64,000 nt of DNA from Fibrobacteria bacterium (lineage in GTDB: Bacteria; Fibrobacterota; Chitinivibrionia; Chitinivibrionales; FEN-1185), in contig JBBIGR010000001.1 in NCBI GenBank assembly GCA_037447435.1, positions 1-64,000 on the forward strand, given 5' to 3'. A program made the position numbers and the translations under genes. The notes under the pieces are model-generated. The model was not told the origin of the DNA. It saw only the letters and a program-made list of their open reading frames with translations, and searched no databases. Shown piece after piece: positions 29,463-38,138 of the stretch; within the stretch, counting starts at the first letter, position 1, and every line of letters starts with the position of its first letter.

Positions 29463-29948
29463 ATGCCAATTCCTGCATATCTGTGGATTAAAGATGAAAC
29501 CGGGGCCGATATTAAAGGTTCCGTCGACGTGTCCGGCCGCGAAGGCAGTATCGAAGTCATCGAATTCCATCATGAAGTGCGTATCCCCACTGATCCCGAC
29601 ACCGGCCGGCTGACCGGCACGCGCAAACACGAATCACTTACATTTGTAAAGGCCTACGATGCGTCGTCGCCGTATTTGTATAAGGCGGTATGCGAAGGCC
29701 AAACCTTCAATTCCGTGGAATTCAAATGGTATAATATCGACGATACGGGCAGCGAAAAGGAATATTTCAATCATAAACTTGAAGGCGTCAAAGTCTGTTC
29801 GGTTAAACCCTATATGCCGAACGTAAAAGACCCGACAAAAGAACGCTATACACATCTTGAAGAAGTTTCTATGCGTTATCGCAAGATCACTTGGACATTC
29901 CTCGATGGAAACCTCCAAGCATCCGACGCATGGGCAGAAGGCAGATAA
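29463..29948 (+). CDS. hcp: T6SS tube protein Hcp (TssD)
   Basis: MPIPAYLWIKD..GADIKGSVDVSGREGSIEV, TGTRKH, SSPYLYKAV, HLEEVSMRYRKITW. Confidence 0.95.
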   Translation: MPIPAYLWIKDETGADIKGSVDVSGREGSIEVIEFHHEVRIPTDPDTGRLTGTRKHESLTFVKAYDASSPYLYKAVCEGQTFNSVEFKWYNIDDTGSEKEYFNHKLEGVKVCSVKPYMPNVKDPTKERYTHLEEVSMRYRKITWTFLDGNLQASDAWAEGR

Positions 29949-29974
29949 TCCTACCGGATTAACTAAATACCGTA

Positions 29975-30006
29975 AAGCCTCTGATGCATAAATCAGAGGC
30001 TTCTTT
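29975..30006 (+). terminator. Intrinsic terminator after hcp
   Basis: AAGCCTCTGAT-gcataa-ATCAGAGGCTT then CTTT. Confidence 0.75.
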
Positions 30007-30097
30007 ATCCGAAAAGATACGCGAAAAACGCCCTGGCGCTCGCTTTGTCAAAAAATCCCTGACTTTGGGCATAACCTTAATTGTTAGGGGGTAAACG

Positions 30098-31360
30098 ATG
30101 ATTGTGCGATGGATGAAAGGCATTGCTTTTCTTATGAATTTTATAGTACTATCCTGTATCAACAATTCCGGTGTGAACCAGAAATCTCTTTTCGGCGAAC
30201 TGCAAATAATTGCCTCGCAAATTAAACCGCAGGATCACACTGTTTTGGCAAAAACCGTTTCAACGACCTGGGACAGCCTCATAGTGCGTATTACGGCAAC
30301 CGATATCGATACGATCATGCATTCGTTTAAATTCACCTCCCTCGATCAGTATATTTCGATTTCTTGCGACGATATTCCGGCAGGGGAAAAAAGAAAAGTC
30401 GAGGTTTACACTAAAAGTAGGTCGAATTGCCTTATTCATTTAAGTACTGCGCAAACAGTCGACATTTCCGCAGCCGAAAAAAAGATTTTGGATTTTTCGC
30501 TCGTACCGATAAAAGGGTCGATTTATATCGACATCTCCGCCATCCCGACGAACGTGAAAAGAATTTGCGCCGATTTCGATACTTTTTCAACCTGCGAAAA
30601 TCGGTCTGCAAAACTGAATTTGAGTATAGACGACGTGCCGGACAAAACAGCGGACACCCTTAACATTATAGGAACAGATTCGGTCGGCACGGTCATTTAC
30701 CGGTCTTCGGTTTGGCTTGCGTTTTCCGTATTGCGCGACACGACGCTTTCAAGCAATTTTTCGCGAATATCAACAAGCGCCGGCGTCACGGTTACCGTTC
30801 AGGCACCGGGCGTCACGCTGATACAGGGTCCAATGGCAAACGCAACGCCCGTCATGTATGAAAGCGGCGCGTTGATTGTTTCCGAAATAATGTACAACGC
30901 AAATGATTCGGAATATGTTGAAGTTTATAACCCCACCGGGCATTCATTCAATGATTCTCTTTTCATCGAAATAGACGGCACAAGCCGAACGCTTGGCATT
31001 GTTTCGGTACCTTCCCACGGATTTTTTGTCATCGGCCGCAGAAGTTTACCCTGGGCCGATACGTACCCCGCAGCATCCGGTGCATTGGATTTATCGTCCA
31101 GCGGCAACTGGATCTGTTTGCGATCAAAGGCCGTTTCCGATTCCGTTCTGGACTGGCTTGCCTTTTGCGGCAACAGCAATTCACAAGATTGGCCGAATCT
31201 TGGAACTGCGAAAAAATCAATTGTTTTGGATTCCTTACCATACGATGCCCAGTATAATAATCTCGGAAGAAATTGGGTATGCGCGCAAACAAGCATCGGT
31301 TCACTATTTTCCGGAATCGCAACGGCCCAAATGGGTACGCCGAAAAGCAAAGGCTATTAA
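30098..31360 (+). CDS. Lipoprotein with lamin-tail-domain-like C-terminus
   Basis: Lipobox VLSC; LIVSEIMYN...EYVEVYNPT and terminal GTP motif. Confidence 0.7.
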   Translation: MIVRWMKGIAFLMNFIVLSCINNSGVNQKSLFGELQIIASQIKPQDHTVLAKTVSTTWDSLIVRITATDIDTIMHSFKFTSLDQYISISCDDIPAGEKRKVEVYTKSRSNCLIHLSTAQTVDISAAEKKILDFSLVPIKGSIYIDISAIPTNVKRICADFDTFSTCENRSAKLNLSIDDVPDKTADTLNIIGTDSVGTVIYRSSVWLAFSVLRDTTLSSNFSRISTSAGVTVTVQAPGVTLIQGPMANATPVMYESGALIVSEIMYNANDSEYVEVYNPTGHSFNDSLFIEIDGTSRTLGIVSVPSHGFFVIGRRSLPWADTYPAASGALDLSSSGNWICLRSKAVSDSVLDWLAFCGNSNSQDWPNLGTAKKSIVLDSLPYDAQYNNLGRNWVCAQTSIGSLFSGIATAQMGTPKSKGY

Positions 31361-31426
31361 CAAAATAAATTACCGTATTTGTCCCATTTGCAAGCGGACC
31401 CTCTCCTCTTTTGTTCCGCTTGCCCT

Positions 31427-31460
31427 GTCCCCCGGCAGATTTGTCGGGGGACTTTTTTTT
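31427..31460 (+). terminator. Intrinsic terminator
   Basis: GTCCCCCGGCA-gatt-TGTCGGGGGAC followed by 8 T. Confidence 0.85.
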
Positions 31461-31549
31461 ATTGAAAACAAAATTTTTCTTATCCACTGCTTTTTGCATT
31501 TACTATTTCTTATGGTATACACTTTTTCCAAGCCAAAAGGGAGGCCTTC

Positions 31550-32458
31550 ATGAAGCGGTTTTTTATTGGCCGAACACATTTGTTTGCTTCGTTCATGACT
31601 TTTGTCATTTGCTTTTCACTGGCCCGGACAAATGTTTATTCCGCAGCCGTAACTAAAGATTCGATCGAACATTATTTTGCGGGAATTAAAAATGATTTCG
31701 ACAAATTGGCCGATAATCCGGCCATGAAAAAGGCCCAGGGGAAATCCGTGAACGGCATTTTTGTAAGCTCTTTGAAAAAACATCAGCCGGTTTACTCGTA
31801 TATGCGGACAAATGCGAAAGGCGTCATGATCAACGAAGTCGTCCGCGGCCAAGTTCCTGAAAAAGTGAAAAAAAACGTGCGCAAGCAAGATTGGTTCAAG
31901 CGAATCTCAAAAACGGCAACCGAATATTACGGGTTTACCTTTATCGAAGAAAACGGCCGCTATTATTTATTCTGGGTCACTCCCATTTTAGGGCATAAAA
32001 ATAAATTCGAAGGTGCCGTTGTTGCGAAAATAGATTTATGGGATTGTTTCCATGAAATTTCCAAAGAAACCACGGAACCATTTCTTATCAAGCTCGGCGG
32101 AAAAAGCCTGTATTCCGACAAATGGAAAAACGGCTCCGCAATCCTTGAGACGCCCCTTTCCGTACCCGGTGTCGAGAAAATTTCGCTTATCGTAGAAAAG
32201 CAGGAGCCGGCCCTTGACACTGCAGCCAAAAAAGACACCGGCGCGGTTGCCGCGGTTTCTCCCGCCCTTTTGGGCGATCAAAAAGTAAAAAAAGAAATGG
32301 GTTTTTTTGCAAAAAATAAGGTATTGATCATTATCATCGGCATAATCGCCTTAGGCGTCATAATTTTCCTTCTCATTCAGTTTTATATGTGGCTCAGCAA
32401 TGTTTTCACCATGCGGGCGATCAACAAGGCAGACGATGATCCGTTCGGCCGACGATAA
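31550..32458 (+). CDS. Hypothetical membrane protein with Cache/PDC-like extracytoplasmic region
   Basis: N-terminal signal, C-terminal TM; QDWFKR...YLFWVTPI...FEGAVVAKID. Confidence 0.6.
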   Translation: MKRFFIGRTHLFASFMTFVICFSLARTNVYSAAVTKDSIEHYFAGIKNDFDKLADNPAMKKAQGKSVNGIFVSSLKKHQPVYSYMRTNAKGVMINEVVRGQVPEKVKKNVRKQDWFKRISKTATEYYGFTFIEENGRYYLFWVTPILGHKNKFEGAVVAKIDLWDCFHEISKETTEPFLIKLGGKSLYSDKWKNGSAILETPLSVPGVEKISLIVEKQEPALDTAAKKDTGAVAAVSPALLGDQKVKKEMGFFAKNKVLIIIIGIIALGVIIFLLIQFYMWLSNVFTMRAINKADDDPFGRR

Positions 32459-33173
32459 AAAAAACAAAGGATTCTCCAAAACGGCCGTTTGTCAATCAAG
32501 CGGCCGTTTTTATTCAATTGCAACGTTATGGCGGGCTTTTTCTTTTTTCGCTGTTTGCCTCGCCTGCACATGCACTCCGGTTGCCTTTCGCTCGAAGGGA
32601 TTTCCACCCACCTATTCCTACGACTGGATTTCCTCAAAAAAAATCGGCTTTGCAAAACCCATAGTCGTATCATCGGAAATTTTTTATGAAAACAGATTTA
32701 CCAACCAGAGTTACCACAGCATAGATAAAAGCAGGACAGCCGAGGCGTTTTACCGGGATTTTCTGCAAAAAACGTCGCAAAGCCGATTGGGTTGGCGCGA
32801 AGCCGGACAATTCGCAGACAGTATTTTGCAGCGAAAATTAGCTTTTGTCAAAACACCGCTGGACAGTTTGCCCGGCGATTGTCTCGAACCGCTGAGAAGT
32901 CAAGGCATAGAGGTTTTCGTTTGCATCTATGCGATGCGCCTGTACCATATGCAATTGGTCGGACTGCGGCCCGAGGCCGGGGGAAGCGTTGAATCATATT
33001 CGACAATCATTAAAAAAAATGTCGATTACTCCGTGACCATCATAGATGTGGCTGCAAATAAGCCGCTATTCACGATACCGATAAAAATTGAGCAAAACAA
33101 CCAATCGCTTAATATTATGGAAAATACCGTCGATGATTTGTTTTCCATTTTACTGAGGAATCGCCGTCAGTAA
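32436..33173 (+). CDS. Hypothetical protein, possible lipoprotein (start uncertain)
   Basis: Long open frame filling the gap; hydrophobic FSFFAVCLACTC segment. Confidence 0.5.
   Translation: MIRSADDKKNKGFSKTAVCQSSGRFYSIATLWRAFSFFAVCLACTCTPVAFRSKGFPPTYSYDWISSKKIGFAKPIVVSSEIFYENRFTNQSYHSIDKSRTAEAFYRDFLQKTSQSRLGWREAGQFADSILQRKLAFVKTPLDSLPGDCLEPLRSQGIEVFVCIYAMRLYHMQLVGLRPEAGGSVESYSTIIKKNVDYSVTIIDVAANKPLFTIPIKIEQNNQSLNIMENTVDDLFSILLRNRRQ
32478..32511 (+). terminator. Putative intrinsic terminator
   Basis: AAAACGGCCGTTTG-tcaat-CAAGCGGCCGTTTT(T). Confidence 0.55.
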
Positions 33174-33382
33174 TTCAATGATGATCCATTATCAACGTAA
33201 TCATCCATAATCGGCGCTATATCGTCTACGATCTTGGCCACGATGCTGTCATTGAAAAAATAACCGATTTCTATTCGACGTTTCAGGTCCTTAAGGTATT
33301 CCTTTTTCTGACCCTCTTCCATCCAAAGAAACTTTCCCGACCGGATATGAGTGGATTCTTTTCGGAGTTTCACAATTTTCAT
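33167..33382 (-). CDS. Small FlgM-like protein
   Basis: 71 aa; LKDLKRRIEIGY resembles the FlgM C-terminal motif; sigma28-like promoter upstream. Confidence 0.45.
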   Translation of the reverse strand: MKIVKLRKESTHIRSGKFLWMEEGQKKEYLKDLKRRIEIGYFFNDSIVAKIVDDIAPIMDDYVDNGSSLNY

Positions 33383-33437
33383 CCTTGAAAAATGGTCGCA
33401 TCCTTGCGATTTACTCTGTATTTCGTTCTCTTTATTA

Positions 33438-33464
33438 CTATCGACCTTTGTATAAAAATTCTTA
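33438..33464 (-). promoter_or_regulatory. Sigma28 (FliA)-like promoter
   Basis: Minus strand TAAG-N15-GTCGATAG versus consensus TAAA-N15-GCCGATAA. Confidence 0.5.
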
Positions 33465-33600
33465 AGAGTTTGTTTATTTTTTAATACAAAGCCAGCAAAC
33501 TTGCAAATTGATAGATTAATCAACGGGAATCATCGTTATATACTCGACAAAAATCGTTTCGCATTGTACACTGATGTTCAACCCTTGATGGATTTAAATA

Positions 33601-34785
33601 ATGGTCAGATACAATCTCGACGATATTAACGATGACATGATTTTGGGCGAATCTTTATTTTTGCCTTCCGGCGAATTATTGCTTGCCGCCGGATACAGAC
33701 TGAAAGAACGCTATCGCCGGCGCCTCAAGGAATTGGGCTTTTCAACCGCTCTTGTCGAAATAGAAGGCACCGAAAGCGTCATCCCCGAAACCATTATTTC
33801 CTCCCATATTCAGCGTGAAATGTCGCTGTCGCTCAACAAATCGACCAAAGATATTGCCGATTCCATTCCGGTGCATGAACAAGGGACCCGCTCGATACAG
33901 AAGATGTTACGCGAGAACAAGCATCATCTTAATAAATTTATCATGTCCACGGGTATTTCCCATGCTCTTGAAAAATTCATCGACGAAATCCTCAGCCAGT
34001 CCTCGGTGGTTCTTAACATGTCGGAATTATCCAAGGCCCAGGGGGATTTGTTTGCTCATGCAATAAATGTCACCATTATTTCCTTGTGTTTGGGAAAAAA
34101 GTTCAGGTTCTCGTACGAGGAAATGAAACAGCTCGGCATCGGTGCCATCAATTACGACTTGGGAATGGTAGCGGTGCCAAGGGAAATTCTCCAAAAGACG
34201 GACGATCTGACCGATGAAGAAGAAATGATGCTTCGGCAACATACGGTTTTCGGCTATCTCATGCTTTCTCAAAATCCGACAATACCGCCGACCAGCGCTG
34301 CAGTCGCATTGCAACATCATGAGCGTCAGGACGGAAGCGGATATCCGCGCGGGATAAAAGGAGAAAACAGACCTCCTTTGAAAGACTTCTCGCGAAAAAA
34401 AGTGATACATCGGTTTGCGGAAATTGTGGCAGTAGCCGACGTTTACGATATGCTTACCGCAGGTCGCTCTCATTATAGTGAAAAACACAGCGCCCAGGAA
34501 GCGATTAAAAAGGTAATCCAACTCGGAGGAACCAAACTCAATGCCGAAGTTGTTAAGACCCTTACCTCTATCGTACCGTTATTTCCGACAGGAGCTAAAA
34601 TAAGAATTATAAATGCTCCCGTACCGCAACTCGTGGGGTATATCGGTGTTGTCGCAAAAAACGACGCTGAACGCCTGGAACAGCCGACCTTGGTACTTTA
34701 CGAAACGAAAAACCACCAACGTGTCGCGCCGATACTGGTTGACACGGCTAAACATTCGGGCATTCAGTTCGAGTTGATTTCATAA
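33601..34785 (+). CDS. HD-GYP domain protein with degenerate HD dyad
   Basis: HAINV, GAINYDLGM (in place of LHDIGK), QHHERQDGSGYPRG, AVADVYD. Confidence 0.85.
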   Translation: MVRYNLDDINDDMILGESLFLPSGELLLAAGYRLKERYRRRLKELGFSTALVEIEGTESVIPETIISSHIQREMSLSLNKSTKDIADSIPVHEQGTRSIQKMLRENKHHLNKFIMSTGISHALEKFIDEILSQSSVVLNMSELSKAQGDLFAHAINVTIISLCLGKKFRFSYEEMKQLGIGAINYDLGMVAVPREILQKTDDLTDEEEMMLRQHTVFGYLMLSQNPTIPPTSAAVALQHHERQDGSGYPRGIKGENRPPLKDFSRKKVIHRFAEIVAVADVYDMLTAGRSHYSEKHSAQEAIKKVIQLGGTKLNAEVVKTLTSIVPLFPTGAKIRIINAPVPQLVGYIGVVAKNDAERLEQPTLVLYETKNHQRVAPILVDTAKHSGIQFELIS

Positions 34786-34789
34786 ATCC

Positions 34790-34809
34790 GCAATACTCCA
34801 GAGTATTGC
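34790..34809. terminator. Hairpin between convergent genes (possible bidirectional terminator)
   Basis: GCAATACTC-ca-GAGTATTGC. Confidence 0.4.
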
Positions 34810-34821
34810 CTTACCGTATTT

Positions 34822-35784
34822 TTATGCCACTCCAACCAATTCTCTGACTTTTTGTAACGTTGGAATTCCGGCAGCGCGAGCTTTTTCAGCGCCTTTTTTT
34901 CTTACCTCTGCAACAAAATCCAAGTTTCCCGCAAGCTCTTCGCGCTTTTTTCTGAACGGAAGGAAATATTCCCATAAAACGGAAAAAAGTTCTTTTTTCG
35001 CATCACCGTAGCCATACCCGCCTTTGCGAAGTTTTTGTTCCATATCATTTGCTTTTTGTGGCGAGGCAAAAAGCCTGTAAATTGCAAAAACAACACTTTT
35101 TTCAGGATTTTTGGGACTTTCAAGCGGAGTCGGATCAGTTATTATTGTCATGATTTTCTTTTTAAACTGGTTTTCAGGTGCAAAAATATCGATTGTATTC
35201 CCGTATGATTTGGACATTTTTTGGCCGTCGATGCCAGGAATAACGGCAACCTCTTCTTTAATACGGGGCTCGGGAATGGTAAACACTTCCCCGTAGGTTT
35301 GATTAAACTTTATTGCAATGTCCCGGGCAACCTCGACATGCTGTTTTTGATCTTTACCAACAGGAACTATCGTCGACTGATACATAAGAATATCCGCAGC
35401 CATAAGAACCGGATAGGAGAAAAGACCGTTATTTGCCGGAAGATTTTTGGCAATTTTATCTTTATAAGAATGGCAACGTTCCAAAAGGCCCATCGGCGTT
35501 ACATTACTGAGATACCATGCGAGTTCTGTAACCTCAGGCACGTCCGATTGCGCCCAAAATACGGATTTGTCGGGGTCGATACCGAGGGCAAGCAGATCCA
35601 AAATTGCTTCCGTAGAAAATGCGCCGACTTTTGCCGGATCAAATACCGATGTTAAACTGTGCAAATTTGCTAAAAAACAGAAAAGTTCGCCTTTTTCCTG
35701 GGAAGCGACCATTGGCTGTATCATGCCGAGATAGTTGCCGATATGCAATACTCCCGACGGTTGAATGCCCGAAAGAATGCGCAT
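34822..35784 (-). CDS. trpS: Tryptophan--tRNA ligase
   Basis: SGIQPSG.LHIGNY, YPVLMAADIL, VPVGKDQKQH, KMSKS. Confidence 0.96.
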   Translation of the reverse strand: MRILSGIQPSGVLHIGNYLGMIQPMVASQEKGELFCFLANLHSLTSVFDPAKVGAFSTEAILDLLALGIDPDKSVFWAQSDVPEVTELAWYLSNVTPMGLLERCHSYKDKIAKNLPANNGLFSYPVLMAADILMYQSTIVPVGKDQKQHVEVARDIAIKFNQTYGEVFTIPEPRIKEEVAVIPGIDGQKMSKSYGNTIDIFAPENQFKKKIMTIITDPTPLESPKNPEKSVVFAIYRLFASPQKANDMEQKLRKGGYGYGDAKKELFSVLWEYFLPFRKKREELAGNLDFVAEVRKKGAEKARAAGIPTLQKVRELVGVA

Positions 35785-35959
35785 TTTGTTATAACTCCTT
35801 GTAATGAAAAAATCCAGTAATAAAAAAATATCATTCAATATACTTAATTTGGATTTGCAATTTCATGTTCATATATTTAATTTATACGCTGTAGATTTAA
35901 ATTTGAAAAAACATGAGTTTTCATGTCATCCACCAAACCCTAAACACAAGGAGTGTTTT

Positions 35960-36487
35960 ATGAAATTGTCCCGCGTTCTTGTTGCTGTTGTTGCTTGCTC
36001 TAGTTTTTTGTTTGCTGAAGAAGCTGCTGCTCCTGCTGCCGCACCTGCTGCAGAAAAAGCCGCACCTGCGAAAAAGGCTGCTGCCTCTTCGATCAGCGGA
36101 ACCGTTGTTTCGGCCGACGCATCCAGCATCGTTGTTAAAGGCAAAAAAGCCGATGAAACAATTGCTATCGATGCTTCAACAAAAATTACTATTGGAAAAG
36201 CCGCTGCCACAGCTGCAGACATTAAAGCCGATTCAAAAGTAACCGTTTCTTTCAAAACCGTTGATGGCAAAAAAGTTGCTACAAAAATCGTAGAAAAAAC
36301 CGAAGCTGCTCCTGCAACAGAAAAGAAAGCTGAAGCCAAGAAATCCGAAGCTGCTCCTGCCGAGAAAAAGGCCGAAGCCGCTCCTGCAGCAGAAAAGAAA
36401 GCCGAAGCTCCGGCAGCAGCACCTGCTGCCGAGAAAAAAGCCGAAGCCGCTCCTGCAGCACCTGCAGCAGCTCCTGCTAAGAAGTAA
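35960..36487 (+). CDS. Small secreted Ala/Lys/Pro-rich protein with DUF5666-like beta domain (paralogue 1)
   Basis: AGGAG RBS; signal peptide MKLSRVLVAVVACSSFLFA; ISGTVVS..DGKKVATKI core. Confidence 0.8.
   Translation: MKLSRVLVAVVACSSFLFAEEAAAPAAAPAAEKAAPAKKAAASSISGTVVSADASSIVVKGKKADETIAIDASTKITIGKAAATAADIKADSKVTVSFKTVDGKKVATKIVEKTEAAPATEKKAEAKKSEAAPAEKKAEAAPAAEKKAEAPAAAPAAEKKAEAAPAAPAAAPAKK
36300..36484 (+). repeat. Intragenic degenerate EKKAEA(A)PAA repeats
   Basis: EKKAEA occurs four times (plus EKTEA and KKSEA variants) in the C-terminal tail. Confidence 0.8.
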
Positions 36488-36512
36488 TTTTAGTCGGATC
36501 TTTGCATCGTAT

Positions 36513-36548
36513 AAGCCATCCTGTCATGCAGGGTGGCTTTTCTTTTTT
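36513..36548 (+). terminator. Intrinsic terminator
   Basis: AAGCCATCCTG-tcatg-CAGGGTGGCTT then TTCTTTTTT. Confidence 0.85.
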
Positions 36549-36653
36549 CGGTTTTATCTTTATTGCGGATATTTAAAAGACGTACTATATTAATGCGTAT
36601 TAAAAACATTCGCGTTAAAAAAAGTCCGTTTAATTTTTTCAATCGTATTATTC

Positions 36654-38105
36654 ATGAGTTTCCAGACTAAATTGCTCCTTTTTTTCGGCCCCCTCTTCGT
36701 TCTGGTTGTAGGGTCTCTTTTGTTTTATACCATGCAATCGGAAAAAAAGATCATAAATCAACTTGAAGACGACATACAAAACATCGTCCATACCGTCCAT
36801 TATTCCACGCAAAAACTTTCGGCCAAAAAAGGCTCCGATTCCGAAGCCCTGGAACGTTTTATCCAGGACATAAAAAAGAATAAATCGATACGGGAAGTAT
36901 CTGTCGTTAACAGCAGCGAAAAAATCGTGGCGAGCAGCAATCCGAACAAGGTCGGGCAAATCGGAAAACTATCGGGCAAGGAAATCGTGGTCAAGGCCCA
37001 ATTCGGTTTGGAAGATTCGGCAGGAAAACATATTCGCTACGACTTTGTCGAAGTCCCCATTATCAGAGATAATAAAGTCATAGGGCTATTGCAGACTTCC
37101 ATCGTCGTAAACGATTTCACCTATCTTTTCCGTCGGCTTAATTTCCGTACAACAATCATTGCGGCCAGCTCTTTGCTCGTCATGATTCTCGTTTCGCTAT
37201 TTGCCTTGCGCAGGTTTAACACGCCTTTGAGAAAATTGTCTTTGGTCGCAGAGCAAGTTGCGCTCGGCGATCTATCGGTGCGACTCGACAGAAGCGGGAA
37301 CGACGAAGTCGCCCGCCTGAATAACTCGTTCGATGCCATGATCAACAAACTTGCCGAACATAAACAGCTCGAAGATAAACTACGGGATTTGGAACGACGG
37401 GCTATTTTGGCCGAAATGGCGGCCAATCTGGCGCATGAAATCCGAAACCCTCTTAACCTCATCAATTTGACTGCCGACCATCTCGGCCACGAATATATGC
37501 CGACGAATGAGGAAAAACGGAAATCCTATGCAGACCTAATTGCCGCGCTCAAAGCGGAAGTAAAACATCTTAATACCATGGTAAGCGAATTTTTAACCAT
37601 CGGTCGCCCTTCGCGTCTTAAAAAAACCACTTTCCGGCTTGTCGAACTTTTCGAACAGCTTATCGTTATTGTTAAGCAGCAGCTCGTCGCAAAACACATT
37701 ACTCTTACCGTCAATGCCGACGACCTCGTTTCGATAAGCGCCGACATCGAACAGATGCGGCTTGTTTTTCTCAATCTTTTTTTGAACGCCATCGAAGCGG
37801 TACCCGACAACGGCACCATTTCAGTCGATGTTCAAAAAGCCGGCAATTCCGCAATTTTATTGCAAATTACCGACAACGGCCCCGGAATAGCGCAGGAAAA
37901 CCTGGAGCAAATATTTGAGCCCTATTTTTCAAAACGCCCCGGCGGTACCGGCCTTGGCCTCGCGCTGGCACGGCGCATTATAGAAGAACACGGCGGAACA
38001 ATCAAAGCAGGTAATATGGCTCACGGCGGCGCCCGATTCGATATCACGCTCCCCGAATTTTACGGGGCGGAAAGCGTAAAAGAACCACCGCCGGAAATTA
38101 GTTGA
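36654..38105 (+). CDS. HAMP-domain sensor histidine kinase
   Basis: Two TM segments, HAMP (GDL...DEVARL...M), LAHEIRNPL, NAIEA, DNGPGI, GTGLGL. Confidence 0.93.
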   Translation: MSFQTKLLLFFGPLFVLVVGSLLFYTMQSEKKIINQLEDDIQNIVHTVHYSTQKLSAKKGSDSEALERFIQDIKKNKSIREVSVVNSSEKIVASSNPNKVGQIGKLSGKEIVVKAQFGLEDSAGKHIRYDFVEVPIIRDNKVIGLLQTSIVVNDFTYLFRRLNFRTTIIAASSLLVMILVSLFALRRFNTPLRKLSLVAEQVALGDLSVRLDRSGNDEVARLNNSFDAMINKLAEHKQLEDKLRDLERRAILAEMAANLAHEIRNPLNLINLTADHLGHEYMPTNEEKRKSYADLIAALKAEVKHLNTMVSEFLTIGRPSRLKKTTFRLVELFEQLIVIVKQQLVAKHITLTVNADDLVSISADIEQMRLVFLNLFLNAIEAVPDNGTISVDVQKAGNSAILLQITDNGPGIAQENLEQIFEPYFSKRPGGTGLGLALARRIIEEHGGTIKAGNMAHGGARFDITLPEFYGAESVKEPPPEIS

Positions 38106-38138
38106 TTTATAGTATAACCTTTTCAGTCTGAGTAACGT

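Noticed and set aside
30098..31360. T6SS effector or TssJ downstream of hcp
   Set aside because: Separated by a terminator, carries a Sec lipoprotein signal and a lamin-tail-like domain, and is much larger than TssJ.
35785..35959. T-box or attenuator upstream of trpS
   Set aside because: Short AT-rich divergent promoter region without T-box sequence or terminator/antiterminator.
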